Positions 20,136 through 29,284 of a DNA stretch of 64,000 nucleotides are shown one piece after another. The notes under the pieces are model-generated. The model saw only the letters and a program-made list of their open reading frames with translations, was not told where the DNA came from and searched no databases. The stretch comes from Candidatus Woesearchaeota archaeon (GTDB taxonomy: Archaea > Nanobdellota > Nanobdellia > Woesearchaeales > ARS49): the NCBI GenBank assembly GCA_017609645.1, contig JAFCDQ010000002.1:1260-65259 (forward strand). Reading direction: 5' to 3'. A program made the position numbers and the translations under genes. Numbering within the stretch: position 1 is the first letter of the stretch; each line of letters starts with the position of its first letter.

Positions 20136-20312
20136 ATGGTCGAAGATAAATGCATATTAGGAATAAGAGAAGTAGAGAACTCTTTGAGAGATATGATGAA
20201 CTGGATTGCAGTATTTGCACAAGAATACAGCATACCAGAAGAAGCTGTAACAAAATTAAGAGAAAAAATAGAAGAAATAGCAAAAAAAGCAGGAGATATT
20301 CCTTGCCAATAA
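20136..20312 (+). CDS. Small hypothetical protein (58 aa)
   Basis: Hand-found: MVEDKCILGIREVENSLRDMMNWIAVFAQEYSIPEEAVTKLREKIEEIAKKAGDIPCQ. Strong SD GAGGTG 7 nt upstream of ATG 20136. Below the ORF-track size cutoff. Confidence 0.4.
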   Translation: MVEDKCILGIREVENSLRDMMNWIAVFAQEYSIPEEAVTKLREKIEEIAKKAGDIPCQ

Positions 20313-20331
20313 ATTTATTTTTTTAATTAAA

Positions 20332-20742
20332 ATGGCAAGAAAACCAAAGCCAGCAGGAGATTCTAAAACAGACAAATTTATTGATTGGAGTAATCATTTA
20401 ATCAATGCATCAAGAAAAAGATTAATTCTAGTAAGCAAGAAAAAAGATTTGGATGTTTTGAAAACTTTTGGAGTGCATCATGTTTATTGGGTTAAGAAAC
20501 CATTATACAAAGCACTTGATGCCATAGTTGAAATAAATAAAGACTGTATTTTATTATTTGATACTGGGAAAGCAGGAAATGAAATAGCTGAAAAGTTCAA
20601 AACATTATTAGAACAGAATGGCGTAAAAGTTAGTGCAGGATATAGAAAATATTTACTTGTAGAACATATTCAAGATGTTTCTAACGTGTTTAAGCATGCA
20701 ATGAGAAGAGCAGGAACAGACAGAAAAATACCTAAATTTTAA
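20332..20742 (+). CDS. Hypothetical protein (possibly a degenerate small Toprim-like domain)
   Basis: 136-aa ORF. LILVSKKKDLD and LLFDTGKAGNE loosely resemble Toprim E/DxD motifs, but the catalytic residues are substituted. Confidence 0.45.
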   Translation: MARKPKPAGDSKTDKFIDWSNHLINASRKRLILVSKKKDLDVLKTFGVHHVYWVKKPLYKALDAIVEINKDCILLFDTGKAGNEIAEKFKTLLEQNGVKVSAGYRKYLLVEHIQDVSNVFKHAMRRAGTDRKIPKF

Positions 20743-21197
20743 CCTAATCTTTCATAAACTTCATTTACAAAATCTTCCATCCAATTCTCATTTAAATTCT
20801 CAACAACACAAACCATTTCATCTTTAACTAAATTAGTTTCATCAATTTTTTCTTGAAGTTTTTCACATAATCCTTTGCCAAAATCAGTTCCTTGCAACAA
20901 ATTTATTTTATTTTCTTTGAAATATTCAGGTTTAACACAATAACTCAACTCATTTTCAGTAATTCTTATGCTGAAATTATTATTTATGTCAGAGAAATAA
21001 ATTTTTGCTTCTCTTAAAGCATAAGTTCCTTTAAATTGATCATTTTTAGAATTAATAAACCAGCCTTTTTTGCTTCTTTGTATATCAAAAGCTTGTTCAA
21101 ATATCTCATAAACTTCAAGCAATTTTATTCTCTCATCTATATAATCCTGATCTTCTTCACTTAATACATATTTTATGAAATCAGACATATCTTTCAT
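20739..21197 (-). CDS. Hypothetical protein
   Basis: 152-aa ORF with no recognisable motif. Confidence 0.5.
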   Translation of the reverse strand: MKDMSDFIKYVLSEEDQDYIDERIKLLEVYEIFEQAFDIQRSKKGWFINSKNDQFKGTYALREAKIYFSDINNNFSIRITENELSYCVKPEYFKENKINLLQGTDFGKGLCEKLQEKIDETNLVKDEMVCVVENLNENWMEDFVNEVYERLG

Positions 21198-21239
21198 AGT
21201 AATTAAAAAATAATTAGAAATGATTTAAAAGATTTTTGT

Positions 21240-21650
21240 TTATTTTTCTTTTTTCTTGAAGAAAAGCCAATTCTTAGGCGGTCTGAATTTAATCAAACAA
21301 AAAGTTCCTTTAAGCTTTTTTCCAGAAATTTTCGTTATAATCTCCGTGCTTGTCCATTTTTCAGGCTCATGAGTTCCAATATCCCAAACTTTAACAGTTC
21401 CTGCACCATACTGCCCTTCTGGAATTTTTCCCTCAAAATTATAATAATCCAAAGGATGATTAGTAGTTTGAACAGCTAAACGTTTTTCTTTAGGCTCTGG
21501 TTTTTTAGGAATTGCCCAGCTCTTTAATGTTCCATTATGCTCTAATCTTAAATCCCAATGCAAATGACTAGCATTGTGTTTTTGAATAGAATACTTTAAT
21601 TTTTTAGACATAAAATAAATAAAGCGTTTTAAACTTAAAAATGTTTTCAT
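21240..21650 (-). CDS. Stand-alone LigD N-terminal (3'-phosphoesterase-like) domain protein
   Basis: Sequence YSIQKHNASHLHWDLRLE...LKSWAIPK...TNHPLDY...GAGTVKVWDIG matches the LigD_N HxHWDxRLE signature. The start may instead be the internal ATG at 21611 (MSKKLKY). Confidence 0.6.
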   Translation of the reverse strand: MKTFLSLKRFIYFMSKKLKYSIQKHNASHLHWDLRLEHNGTLKSWAIPKKPEPKEKRLAVQTTNHPLDYYNFEGKIPEGQYGAGTVKVWDIGTHEPEKWTSTEIITKISGKKLKGTFCLIKFRPPKNWLFFKKKEK

Positions 21651-21738
21651 AATATTTGCTAGTAATTATAAGTAATTACAAAAAGTTTTTTAAAGATTAA
21701 AATCTATAAAATAAATAGTTAAAAACGGGGGTGTTTAA

Positions 21739-23037
21739 ATGAAAAAAATTCTTTTGTTAGTTTTATTACTTTTAATATTATTTGTTGTTAATGCAAGTGC
21801 TTATACAAGTCCTGTTCCGATGGATAGTTGGAATCTTGATGATTTAGGCGGCAATGTTATTAATACTACAAGTTTTACGAAAGACCATGACTTATCTCTT
21901 GTAGGAGACGCGGGAGGAATATTATTTAGTCCTCAAAACGCTTATGGATTTTATACTGAACTAGAAGAAGGGGCTAATTTCCCAAACAAATCGGCATATT
22001 ATAGTGTAAATAATAATGATTTTTTTAATTTTAATCAAAGTATGCCTTTCACTATTGAAATGTGGTTTAGAACCAGCGAGGACATAACTAATCAACAAGT
22101 TCTGATAAACAAAGGACAATTAGGTAGTTGGAATTGTGGTTTTTTAGTTCGTATTATGAATAATAAAATGTATTTTTGCACAAAGGGAGGATGTGACGTT
22201 CCTAATGACATAGCGAGTTCAGCTAATTTAAAAATTAATCACACTTATCATATGGTTTTTGTTCATAATGCTGCTGCTGATGGTGTAGGAAATAGTAGTA
22301 TTTGGATTAATGGAACAATAGATAACAGTGCAATTAAAAACAGTCCTAGTAATAGTAGTTTAAGAGAGACTATGTATATTGGAGCGCGATGGCACGCTGC
22401 AACTAATTTTTTAGAAGGCCAAATTTATTATGCAACAATATATGATAAAGCATTAAATCAAACAACAATAGCAAATTTATATAGTTCTCATTCTCAATAT
22501 TCCCAATATTCTCCTCCGCCTCCTGCGGAAGAAAACAGAACAGGCAATGTTACTGGTTGGGGTTTAGCAAATTACATTGCTATTTGGAATGCTAATTATA
22601 ACATCACTCATGACACAAATTTATATTGGGACTTCGCAAACAACAGACTAGGAATAAGAACAACAACACCAGCACATGCATTAGATGTTAATGGAGATGT
22701 TAGTGCTGATTCTTTTATCGGAGACGGAAGCGCATTAACAGGAATATCGACAGGAGCTGCCGCACCAAATTATGACAGCGGCTGGGTAAACATCAGTCAA
22801 TCAGAAAGCAAATGGATAACACATAATACTGGCGGAGATGTTGACGATTATATTGTTGATGTATCTGCAAAGTCAGCAACTTATGGAGTAAACCAAATAA
22901 ACTACGGAACAAGACAACTATCATACGGAACAGCAGGATACAGATGGGAAAACCTCAACACAACAAAAATCAAAGTGTTGAGAACTTCAAATGACGTATC
23001 TGCAGAACAAATAAGAGTAAGAATCTGGAAATATTAA
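21739..23037 (+). CDS. Secreted ConA-like/LamG lectin-fold protein
   Basis: 432 aa with a signal peptide MKKILLLVLLLLILFVVNASA. N-terminal half has a LamG-like pattern (FTIEMWFRT...GSWNCGFL...YHMVFVHN). The C-terminus has the IGDGSALTGI motif typical of fibre-like proteins. Confidence 0.55.
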   Translation: MKKILLLVLLLLILFVVNASAYTSPVPMDSWNLDDLGGNVINTTSFTKDHDLSLVGDAGGILFSPQNAYGFYTELEEGANFPNKSAYYSVNNNDFFNFNQSMPFTIEMWFRTSEDITNQQVLINKGQLGSWNCGFLVRIMNNKMYFCTKGGCDVPNDIASSANLKINHTYHMVFVHNAAADGVGNSSIWINGTIDNSAIKNSPSNSSLRETMYIGARWHAATNFLEGQIYYATIYDKALNQTTIANLYSSHSQYSQYSPPPPAEENRTGNVTGWGLANYIAIWNANYNITHDTNLYWDFANNRLGIRTTTPAHALDVNGDVSADSFIGDGSALTGISTGAAAPNYDSGWVNISQSESKWITHNTGGDVDDYIVDVSAKSATYGVNQINYGTRQLSYGTAGYRWENLNTTKIKVLRTSNDVSAEQIRVRIWKY

Positions 23038-23050
23038 ATTTTTTTATTTT

Positions 23051-23698
23051 TTATTTATTTAATCTTAATTCAGGAGCTGGTTTTTTAGGTTTTTCTTCTT
23101 TCTTAGGTTCTGGTTTTTTCTCAACTGTTTTTTCTTCTTTAGGAGTTTCTTTCTTAGGTTCTGGTTTTTTCTCTTCTACTTTTGGCGTTTCTATCTTTTT
23201 CTCAACTGGTTTTTCTTCTTTAGGAGTTTCTTTCTTAGGCTCTTCTTTTACTTCGGTTTTAGGAACTTCTTTAGCTAGTTCTTTCTTAGGTTCTGTTTTC
23301 TCTACTGGTTTTTCTGTTACTTCAGGCTTTTTCTCTTCTGTTTTAGGAGTTTCAGCAGGTTTCTCTTCTTTTACTTCCTTCTTTTCTTCTTTCTTAGCTT
23401 TCTTTTTCTTTTTTCCTTTTTCTTCTTCAAGAATTATCTTCTTACCAAATAATTGAGCATGAATAATACCTTTCTCATCTTTAATAGTTAAAACCTTAAT
23501 CTTTCCAGGAGGATTCTTAATTCCATCTTTCCACAATTCTTCATTCAATTCTTTCAAAATTCTAACATCGTCTCCTTTCATATGTTTACTCAGGAATTGA
23601 CGAAGAGCTGACACTGCTTTTTTCGTTCTCTTATAACGAGGAGATTTCAACCATTCTTTCCTCAAAGGAATAACATAAGTTCTTTCTAATTTAGCCAT
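23051..23698 (-). CDS. rpl31e: 50S ribosomal protein L31e with a ~130-aa Lys/Glu/Pro-rich repeat tail
   Basis: Core MAKLERTYVIPLRKEWLKSPRYKRTKKAVSALRQFL...KVLTIKDEKGIIHAQLFGK is L31e. The ORF-track start is GTG 23707; ATG 23698 is 5 nt after the L39e stop. The tail has repeated PKKETPKEEK[PT]VEKK units. Confidence 0.85.
   Translation of the reverse strand: MAKLERTYVIPLRKEWLKSPRYKRTKKAVSALRQFLSKHMKGDDVRILKELNEELWKDGIKNPPGKIKVLTIKDEKGIIHAQLFGKKIILEEEKGKKKKKAKKEEKKEVKEEKPAETPKTEEKKPEVTEKPVEKTEPKKELAKEVPKTEVKEEPKKETPKEEKPVEKKIETPKVEEKKPEPKKETPKEEKTVEKKPEPKKEEKPKKPAPELRLNK
23085..23260. repeat. ~78-nt imperfect tandem DNA repeats inside the rpl31e tail
   Basis: TTTTCTTCTTTAGGAGTTTCTTTCTTAGG(T/C)TCT... 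recurs at about 23131 and 23209, with a partial copy near 23090. Confidence 0.55.
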
Positions 23699-23703
23699 TA
23701 TAA

Positions 23704-23877
23704 TCACGCTTTAAGTTTAGTTCTTCTCCAGCTTCTCTTAACAGTTGTAATCCTAGACGGATGCACTTTCCTTGTCTTACCAAACTTTCTCAAAACAGCC
23801 CAGTAAGGCGCCCATCTAGTCTGACGTCCTGCCTTCACAAGGCGCTTTTTTCTTGAAGGATGTTTGTATCTTGCCAT
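23704..23877 (-). CDS. rpl39e: 50S ribosomal protein L39e
   Basis: MARYKHPSRKKRLVKAGRQTRWAPYWAVLRKFGKTRKVHPSRITTVKRSWRRTKLKA from internal ATG 23877. The 90-aa track ORF is extended into the S19e 3' end in another frame. Confidence 0.85.
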   Translation of the reverse strand: MARYKHPSRKKRLVKAGRQTRWAPYWAVLRKFGKTRKVHPSRITTVKRSWRRTKLKA

Positions 23878-23878
23878 T

Positions 23879-24481
23879 TTATTTCTTTTTCCTTCCGCCT
23901 TTTCTTTGAACTGGTTTTCTTCTAGTATCTCTGTCAGAACCTCTTCTGTCTCTTCTAAAGTCTCGCCTATATTCAATTTTTTTCTTAGGCTGTTCTTTTT
24001 TAGGAATAATTCTTTCAGGAACTTTAATCTCTTGCATTTGAATCTTCTCAGGAGGATTATCTTTCAAAATTTGGGCAGCAGTCTTATCTAACAAACTAAT
24101 GCCTTGAGAAGTCGCAATTCTTCCTTTGTAAACATCTTTCTCAGCTTTTTTTGCCAAACCTGCTTTCTCTAACTGCTGCAAAAGTTTTCTTATAATATTT
24201 CCGCCAGCTTTAGTAGATCTCTCAGGAGCAAAACCCATATTTTTTCTGCAACCAAAAGCAACCTTTAACTTATTAACACCAATAGGACCTTTAATCATTA
24301 ATTTCCGCAAAATAGAAGCTGCGCGAACATGCCACCAATCTTCCTGAACAGGAGGCCTTTCTTTACCATGACCAGTTCTAACAAACTTAGCCCATTCAGG
24401 AGGCTTAATATGCTCGTTTTCTTTTAGTTTTTCAGCTGTCTTGATTATAAGTTCAGTTGGATTAACCTCAAATATTGCCAT
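23879..24481 (-). CDS. rps19e: 30S ribosomal protein S19e
   Basis: MAIFEVNPTELI...PPEWAKFVRTGHGKERPP...WWHVRAASILRKL. ATG 24481 has GAGGT 7 nt upstream. Basic RG/RK-rich tail. Confidence 0.85.
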   Translation of the reverse strand: MAIFEVNPTELIIKTAEKLKENEHIKPPEWAKFVRTGHGKERPPVQEDWWHVRAASILRKLMIKGPIGVNKLKVAFGCRKNMGFAPERSTKAGGNIIRKLLQQLEKAGLAKKAEKDVYKGRIATSQGISLLDKTAAQILKDNPPEKIQMQEIKVPERIIPKKEQPKKKIEYRRDFRRDRRGSDRDTRRKPVQRKGGRKKK

Positions 24482-24565
24482 GTCGTAACCTCGCGGTCTT
24501 TTATGGATGTTCTGAAAAATCATCCAGAATAACCCTTAGAATCAAGGGGTTATTTATAAAGTTTT

Positions 24566-25630
24566 TTATTTTATCTTCTTAACTTCAATAGTCTGAGTAG
24601 GGAAAGCCATATCAATCTTAGCCTTATCAAACTCTTCCATAATCATCATATTAACTTCATCCTTAACTTCAAGAATTTCTTCAGCAGTAATCCAGTATAT
24701 AACTAACAAATTTTTTGAAAAATCACCAAACTCTGTGAATGCAATATTAATTTTATCAGAATCAACACCTTTTTGCTGTGTAAGAATATTCCTTAAAATC
24801 TCTTTAGCTTTATTCATTTTTTTGCTATCAGTATCATAAGTCAAACCAATAGTCATCTTAACTTTTCTAGCCCATTCTTGACTTACATTTTCAACAATAT
24901 TATCAGTGAATTTAGCATTAGGCACATACAACATCCGTCCTTCCAAAGTCTTGATTTTAGTTGTTCTTAAATTAATTTCTTCAACAGTGCCATCTTTATC
25001 ATTAATTTTAATCCTCTGACCAACCTTAAAAGGCTTGTCAAAAATAATTGTAACAGAGCCAAACAAATTGCTCAATAAATCTTTTGCAGCCAGAGCAAAA
25101 GCTAATCCTCCTATTCCTAAACCTGCTAAAAGAGGTCCAATCTCCTGACCAAAATGATTAAGAATCATAATAAATGCAATTACATAAATAGAAATTGAAA
25201 TCAATTTTCTTAAAATTGGAATAAGATGATCATCAAGATCTGTTTCTGTCTTAGAAGCTAAAGGAGTAACATAAGTTTCAATAAGTGCTCTGCAGAATTT
25301 TGACAAAACCCAAGCAATAGTCAATACAAGAAGCATATACATCAAATGCCCAAAATATATTGGAATCTTAGGATAATTTGGGAATTGAAGCAAATTAAAA
25401 CCAATATTAATTGCAATCAGTATAATAAAAATAACAGCAGGCTTTTCTAAAGTATGGACAAGTATATCATCAAACTTTGTTTTTGATTTTGCAGTTGCTT
25501 TTTTAACAATTTTTTGAATAACCCAATATAAAATTTTGCCAAGAATAACTCCTGCAATAGCTATTCCTAAGAAAATTAAATAATTGAGTAAATAATTATC
25601 AAAATAAATATTGAATAAAATATTACTCAT
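24566..25630 (-). CDS. mscS: Small-conductance mechanosensitive channel (MscS family)
   Basis: 354 aa with N-terminal TM helices and a conserved MscS beta-domain region FKVGQRIKINDKDGTVEEINLRTTKIKTLEGRMLYVPNAKF. Confidence 0.85.
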   Translation of the reverse strand: MSNILFNIYFDNYLLNYLIFLGIAIAGVILGKILYWVIQKIVKKATAKSKTKFDDILVHTLEKPAVIFIILIAINIGFNLLQFPNYPKIPIYFGHLMYMLLVLTIAWVLSKFCRALIETYVTPLASKTETDLDDHLIPILRKLISISIYVIAFIMILNHFGQEIGPLLAGLGIGGLAFALAAKDLLSNLFGSVTIIFDKPFKVGQRIKINDKDGTVEEINLRTTKIKTLEGRMLYVPNAKFTDNIVENVSQEWARKVKMTIGLTYDTDSKKMNKAKEILRNILTQQKGVDSDKINIAFTEFGDFSKNLLVIYWITAEEILEVKDEVNMMIMEEFDKAKIDMAFPTQTIEVKKIK

Positions 25631-25856
25631 CTTTTGCTACTGTTTCTTCTTCTGTTTCTTCTTCTGTTTCGTCTTCGTCATCAAACTCTTCAAGTTTCTT
25701 GTCAAGCTCTTCTTCTGTTACTACTTTTTTTTCAATCAATAAGTCAATCAGAGCATTTATCATCAAATGATTAGTTTCAACCAGCTCTTCTGTTGACATA
25801 TCTTCTTCTTCACAAGCACATTCTTCTTTTCCACATTCTTCACATTTTTCTTCCAT
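25623..25856 (-). CDS. Small acidic Cys-containing protein
   Basis: 77 aa: MEEKCEECGKEECACEEED... followed by a poly-Glu tail. Its stop overlaps the MscS start (same operon). Confidence 0.4.
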   Translation of the reverse strand: MEEKCEECGKEECACEEEDMSTEELVETNHLMINALIDLLIEKKVVTEEELDKKLEEFDDEDETEEETEEETVAKDE

Positions 25857-25868
25857 TTTAATTCCTCC

Positions 25869-26588
25869 CTATCCTAAATTTAATTCTTTTTTAAGAAATT
25901 CAAGCTCCTTTTTTAATGCTTTTGCATCTTCATACTGCCCCTCAATAATTATAGGCACATTTTTTTCTGAACATATTTTTCCAGCAAGACCTAGTATTGC
26001 GTCTTTATTATCTGCTTGATGAACTAAAACATGATTTTTTTCACCAGATTCTCCGCTTATATGAATATGAGACAATTTATCTTTAGTCATTTCATATAAA
26101 TATTCAGCATATCCCATGCTAGAATCAGACTCATAAGCATGCTGCAAATCTAAAACAAAACGTAAATCATCAAACTTATCAAGCAAAGCTTCTAATTCAG
26201 CAATAACTTTGCCTTGTGTCTGCCTTTGATCCATATTTTCTATAGCAAGAGTAAGATTTTCAGAAATTAGTTCTTCATAATAGTTTTCAGGTACATCAAC
26301 AGGATGAAGAACAGCTATTTTTATATCATGCTTGTCAATTATTTTTTTTGCAAAAGAAACATTATTTTCAAAACTTCTGCCAGCATCAAAATTAGGAAGA
26401 TGAAGAGAATTATTATCAAAATAAGTGAAGGTTTGGTTTAACAAAGCAGACATTGTTTTAATTTTCCAAGCAGAATAAATTTCTATTGTATTAAGTCCTC
26501 CTTGTTTTAGAATCTCTTCTTGTGCAGATAAATCAAAAATGTCTGCATCATACAACCATCCTGTTGAAGCGCCTATTCTTGTTTGCAT
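25869..26588 (-). CDS. Sugar phosphate isomerase/epimerase-like (xylose isomerase-like TIM barrel) protein
   Basis: 239-aa ORF. The pattern of spaced His/Asp/Glu residues (HLP, AVLHPV, ENM, LDLQHAY, HIHISG) fits the AP-endonuclease 2 / TIM-barrel family. Assignment is tentative. Confidence 0.5.
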   Translation of the reverse strand: MQTRIGASTGWLYDADIFDLSAQEEILKQGGLNTIEIYSAWKIKTMSALLNQTFTYFDNNSLHLPNFDAGRSFENNVSFAKKIIDKHDIKIAVLHPVDVPENYYEELISENLTLAIENMDQRQTQGKVIAELEALLDKFDDLRFVLDLQHAYESDSSMGYAEYLYEMTKDKLSHIHISGESGEKNHVLVHQADNKDAILGLAGKICSEKNVPIIIEGQYEDAKALKKELEFLKKELNLG

Positions 26589-26799
26589 TAGCTAAAAAAC
26601 ACTAAATTCTTTTATAAAGCTTTTTATTTGACCACTATTCTAAAGTGGTGCTAAAACAATAAATATTTAAACATTAATATATTATTAAAAAAAGGTGATA
26701 GGTTTGGCTAAAAAAAACTTTTTTGAAACATTTTGTAAAAAGCTAGAAACAACAAAAGAAGTACCATTTAAAGGCTTAACAACAAAAGAAATCAAAAAA

Positions 26800-27291
26800 T
26801 TAATTAGAAGTTCTTAAATTAACTAATTTTAATCCTTTTTCTTTACAATAGCTTATAATATCCCTTGAATCAAAATCTCCATCAAAAAAAGATAATCTCT
26901 TTCCTCCTTTACAAATGGCAGTAGCTAAAATTAATGCATCTGGATGTTTTATTCTATAATCAATTTCTTGTATTTTTTCGATTGTTTTGTGTATTTTTTC
27001 GTCTGAATGATATATTACTGCCCCTTCCTTTAACCAATGTAAAAGAGAAAGAACAGCATTTTGTTTTATTTCCGAACTATAATCCGATTCCGCTATTGCC
27101 TTTATCGATTCACCCAAAGAAAGAACACTAATACCTAATCTAGGTTTTTTATTGTAAATAGACTCACGTATCAATTTTGTTGCTTTCTCATAGTTTTCTT
27201 GGTTAAATAAATGCTCTATTAATATCGAAGTATCTATATGATGAACACCATCAAAAGGATTCTCTTTCTTGATCTTTTTTCTTGACCCCAT
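26800..27291 (-). CDS. PIN-domain protein
   Basis: Starts at internal ATG 27291 (MGSRKKIKK...), because the upstream part of the track ORF overlaps tRNA-Thr. Motifs VHHIDTSILIEHL and DALILATAI are PIN acidic-residue motifs. Confidence 0.65.
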   Translation of the reverse strand: MGSRKKIKKENPFDGVHHIDTSILIEHLFNQENYEKATKLIRESIYNKKPRLGISVLSLGESIKAIAESDYSSEIKQNAVLSLLHWLKEGAVIYHSDEKIHKTIEKIQEIDYRIKHPDALILATAICKGGKRLSFFDGDFDSRDIISYCKEKGLKLVNLRTSN

Positions 27292-27311
27292 AACTTCAAC
27301 TCTTTTTTGAA

Positions 27312-27383
27312 AGCCTCTAGCGAGAGTTGAACTCGCGACCTCTACCTTACCAAGGTAGCGCTCTACCACTGAGCTACAGAGGC
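27312..27383 (-). tRNA. tRNA-Thr(GGT)
   Basis: Reverse complement: GCCTCTG TA GCTC AGTGGTA GAGC G CTACC TTGGTAA GGTAG AGGTC GCGAG TTCAACT CTCGC TAGAGGC T. Anticodon GGT. TATA TTTAAAAATA about 30 nt upstream. Confidence 0.85.
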
Positions 27384-27496
27384 GTAAAGAGATGAAAAGT
27401 TGTTTTATTTTTAAAGTTTTAGGGTAAAATAAAGGAAAAAATATAAGATAAACATTTTTATAGATTGATTCTTTACATATTTTTGGAGGGGAGAAA

Positions 27497-27721
27497 ATGA
27501 AAGCATTTGTACAAGTCGCAACCACTGGAAATGAAGGAAAAATAAATGAGAGCCTGAAGAACTTGTCAGAAGTACAAGAAGTCTATATGTTGTTTGGAGA
27601 ATGGGATTTCTTAGCATTAGTCGAAATAGCAAATGCAGAACAATTAGCAGCATTTGTTGTCGATAAAATAAGAAACCTGCAAGGAGTCAGATTAACAAGC
27701 ACAATGATTTGTGTAAAATAA
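27497..27721 (+). CDS. Stand-alone Lrp/AsnC C-terminal (RAM-like) ligand-binding domain protein
   Basis: 74 aa: VYMLFGEWDFLALVEIANAEQLAAFVVDKIRNLQGV. GGAGGGGAG SD. Confidence 0.6.
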   Translation: MKAFVQVATTGNEGKINESLKNLSEVQEVYMLFGEWDFLALVEIANAEQLAAFVVDKIRNLQGVRLTSTMICVK

Positions 27722-27722
27722 A

Positions 27723-28433
27723 TTATTTTTTTTGTGAGAATAATTTATTAGCTTCTTCATATTGTTCAGGTGAACCAATGTCAATCCAAGTATCATTAAA
27801 TACTGTGCCGTAAACTTCAGTTCTTTCACATAAGCTAATTATAAACAAACCAGCGTCTTCTTTTGAATTAAATGTTTTCAAGAAATCAACATCATCTTTT
27901 TTCAAGTAATAAATCAAAGTAGCAGCTAAAGCACTTTTAGGATTTTTAGGTTTTTCCTCAAAATTAATTATTTTATTGTTTTCATCTAAAAGTATTGTTC
28001 CAAACTTTTTTGAAAGTTTAGCAGGATCTTTTAAGTCTATAACACCTATACTTGAACCTGGCCAAGTTAGAATCTTAGAAATATCAAACTCAAACAAGTT
28101 ATCTCCTGCAATAATTAAAACATCTTCTTGAATATTTAATTTATTAACAGCAAAATGCATATCGCCGACTCCGCCAAGCCTATTTTCATTGCAAGTAGAG
28201 CCATCATTTATCAAAGTTATTTTCTTGTTTGAATGCTTATTTTTCCACTCAAGAAATTCATTATAGAACTTATCATTTGTAACAACAACAATCTCATCAA
28301 CTAAATTGTCTATTCGATCTATGATATATTCTATAACAGGCTTGCCTGCGATTAGTAACAAAGGTTTTGGCGTGTTTATTCCTAATTCTTTTAACCTCGT
28401 TCCGTAACCTGCAGCTAAAATTATTCCTTTCAT
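27723..28433 (-). CDS. Sugar-1-phosphate nucleotidyltransferase (NTP-transferase family)
   Basis: Start at ATG 28433 gives MKGIILAAGYGTRL (GxGTRL nucleotidyltransferase signature). TTTATAAA lies ~25 nt upstream. The track start 28487 adds 18 non-conserved residues. Confidence 0.7.
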   Translation of the reverse strand: MKGIILAAGYGTRLKELGINTPKPLLLIAGKPVIEYIIDRIDNLVDEIVVVTNDKFYNEFLEWKNKHSNKKITLINDGSTCNENRLGGVGDMHFAVNKLNIQEDVLIIAGDNLFEFDISKILTWPGSSIGVIDLKDPAKLSKKFGTILLDENNKIINFEEKPKNPKSALAATLIYYLKKDDVDFLKTFNSKEDAGLFIISLCERTEVYGTVFNDTWIDIGSPEQYEEANKLFSQKK

Positions 28434-28543
28434 ATTGAGAATAAATCTCCAAGGCTTTATAAAGGTTTTGTTTTTGTCATCATTCAATAGTGAAAAAGGA
28501 TGTAAAGAAAACTATATATAGTATAAATTAATTTGAAAATAAT

Positions 28544-29284
28544 ATGAAAAAGAGTGTACTCATCATATTAACTGTTTTATTATGCACAGCAGCGTTTGCA
28601 GCGCATCTTTCTGACTATCCCCACATCTTTGCACATAATGGCATATTTGATCCAATATATGTAATAGGTGTTGAAGCACCAAGTTTAGATGTTATCAGTG
28701 CCACAGCATTATCCTCAGGAATATCAAAATATCCCCAACTTAAAGTAAAAATAGGAACATCAAAAATAGATATGGAAATTTCTGATGTCAAAACATACAA
28801 TGCAATAGTAATAGGCAATCCTTGCATCAATAGAGCTGCTGCACAACTTGAAGGAAATCCAGAATTCTGCTTTGAAGGACTGGAAGGAGGAAAAGGATAC
28901 GCCAAGTTTTTTACAAATAACGGCAAACTACAATTATTAATAACAGGCATCAGCGCAAAAGACAGAAAAAAAATGGCAGAATTCTTAGCAGAAGGATATT
29001 TAGGCAACTTAAATGTTCAAAGCTTCACATTAACAACAAACTCAGGATCTAAAACACCAGAAAGACCTGTATTGCTTTCTGTCTCAAATGAAAACGAAGA
29101 AAATCAAGAAATAGAAATAGAAGAAGTTGAAATAAATCTAGAAAAAGAAATAAAAGAAGCAAAGCCTAAGGAAACAAAAATAACTATTGAAGAAGAAATT
29201 GAAGAAAAACCTGTCGAGAAAAAAGGATTTTTCAGAAGAATAATTGATGGAATAGCTAATTTCTTTAAGAATTTATTTAACTAA
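28544..29284 (+). CDS. Secreted hypothetical protein with acidic C-terminal region
   Basis: 246 aa. Signal peptide MKKSVLIILTVLLCTAAFAA. C-terminal half is E/K-rich. Confidence 0.5.
   Translation: MKKSVLIILTVLLCTAAFAAHLSDYPHIFAHNGIFDPIYVIGVEAPSLDVISATALSSGISKYPQLKVKIGTSKIDMEISDVKTYNAIVIGNPCINRAAAQLEGNPEFCFEGLEGGKGYAKFFTNNGKLQLLITGISAKDRKKMAEFLAEGYLGNLNVQSFTLTTNSGSKTPERPVLLSVSNENEENQEIEIEEVEINLEKEIKEAKPKETKITIEEEIEEKPVEKKGFFRRIIDGIANFFKNLFN

Noticed and set aside
26716-26818. Possible 39-aa TTG-start ORF (AKKNFFETFCKKLETTKEVPFKGLTTKEIKKLIRSS) with AGGTGA upstream, in the gap before the PIN gene
   Set aside because: Very short, K-rich as expected by chance in AT-rich DNA, TTG start, and converges into the PIN gene's 3' end. 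Not supported well enough to call.
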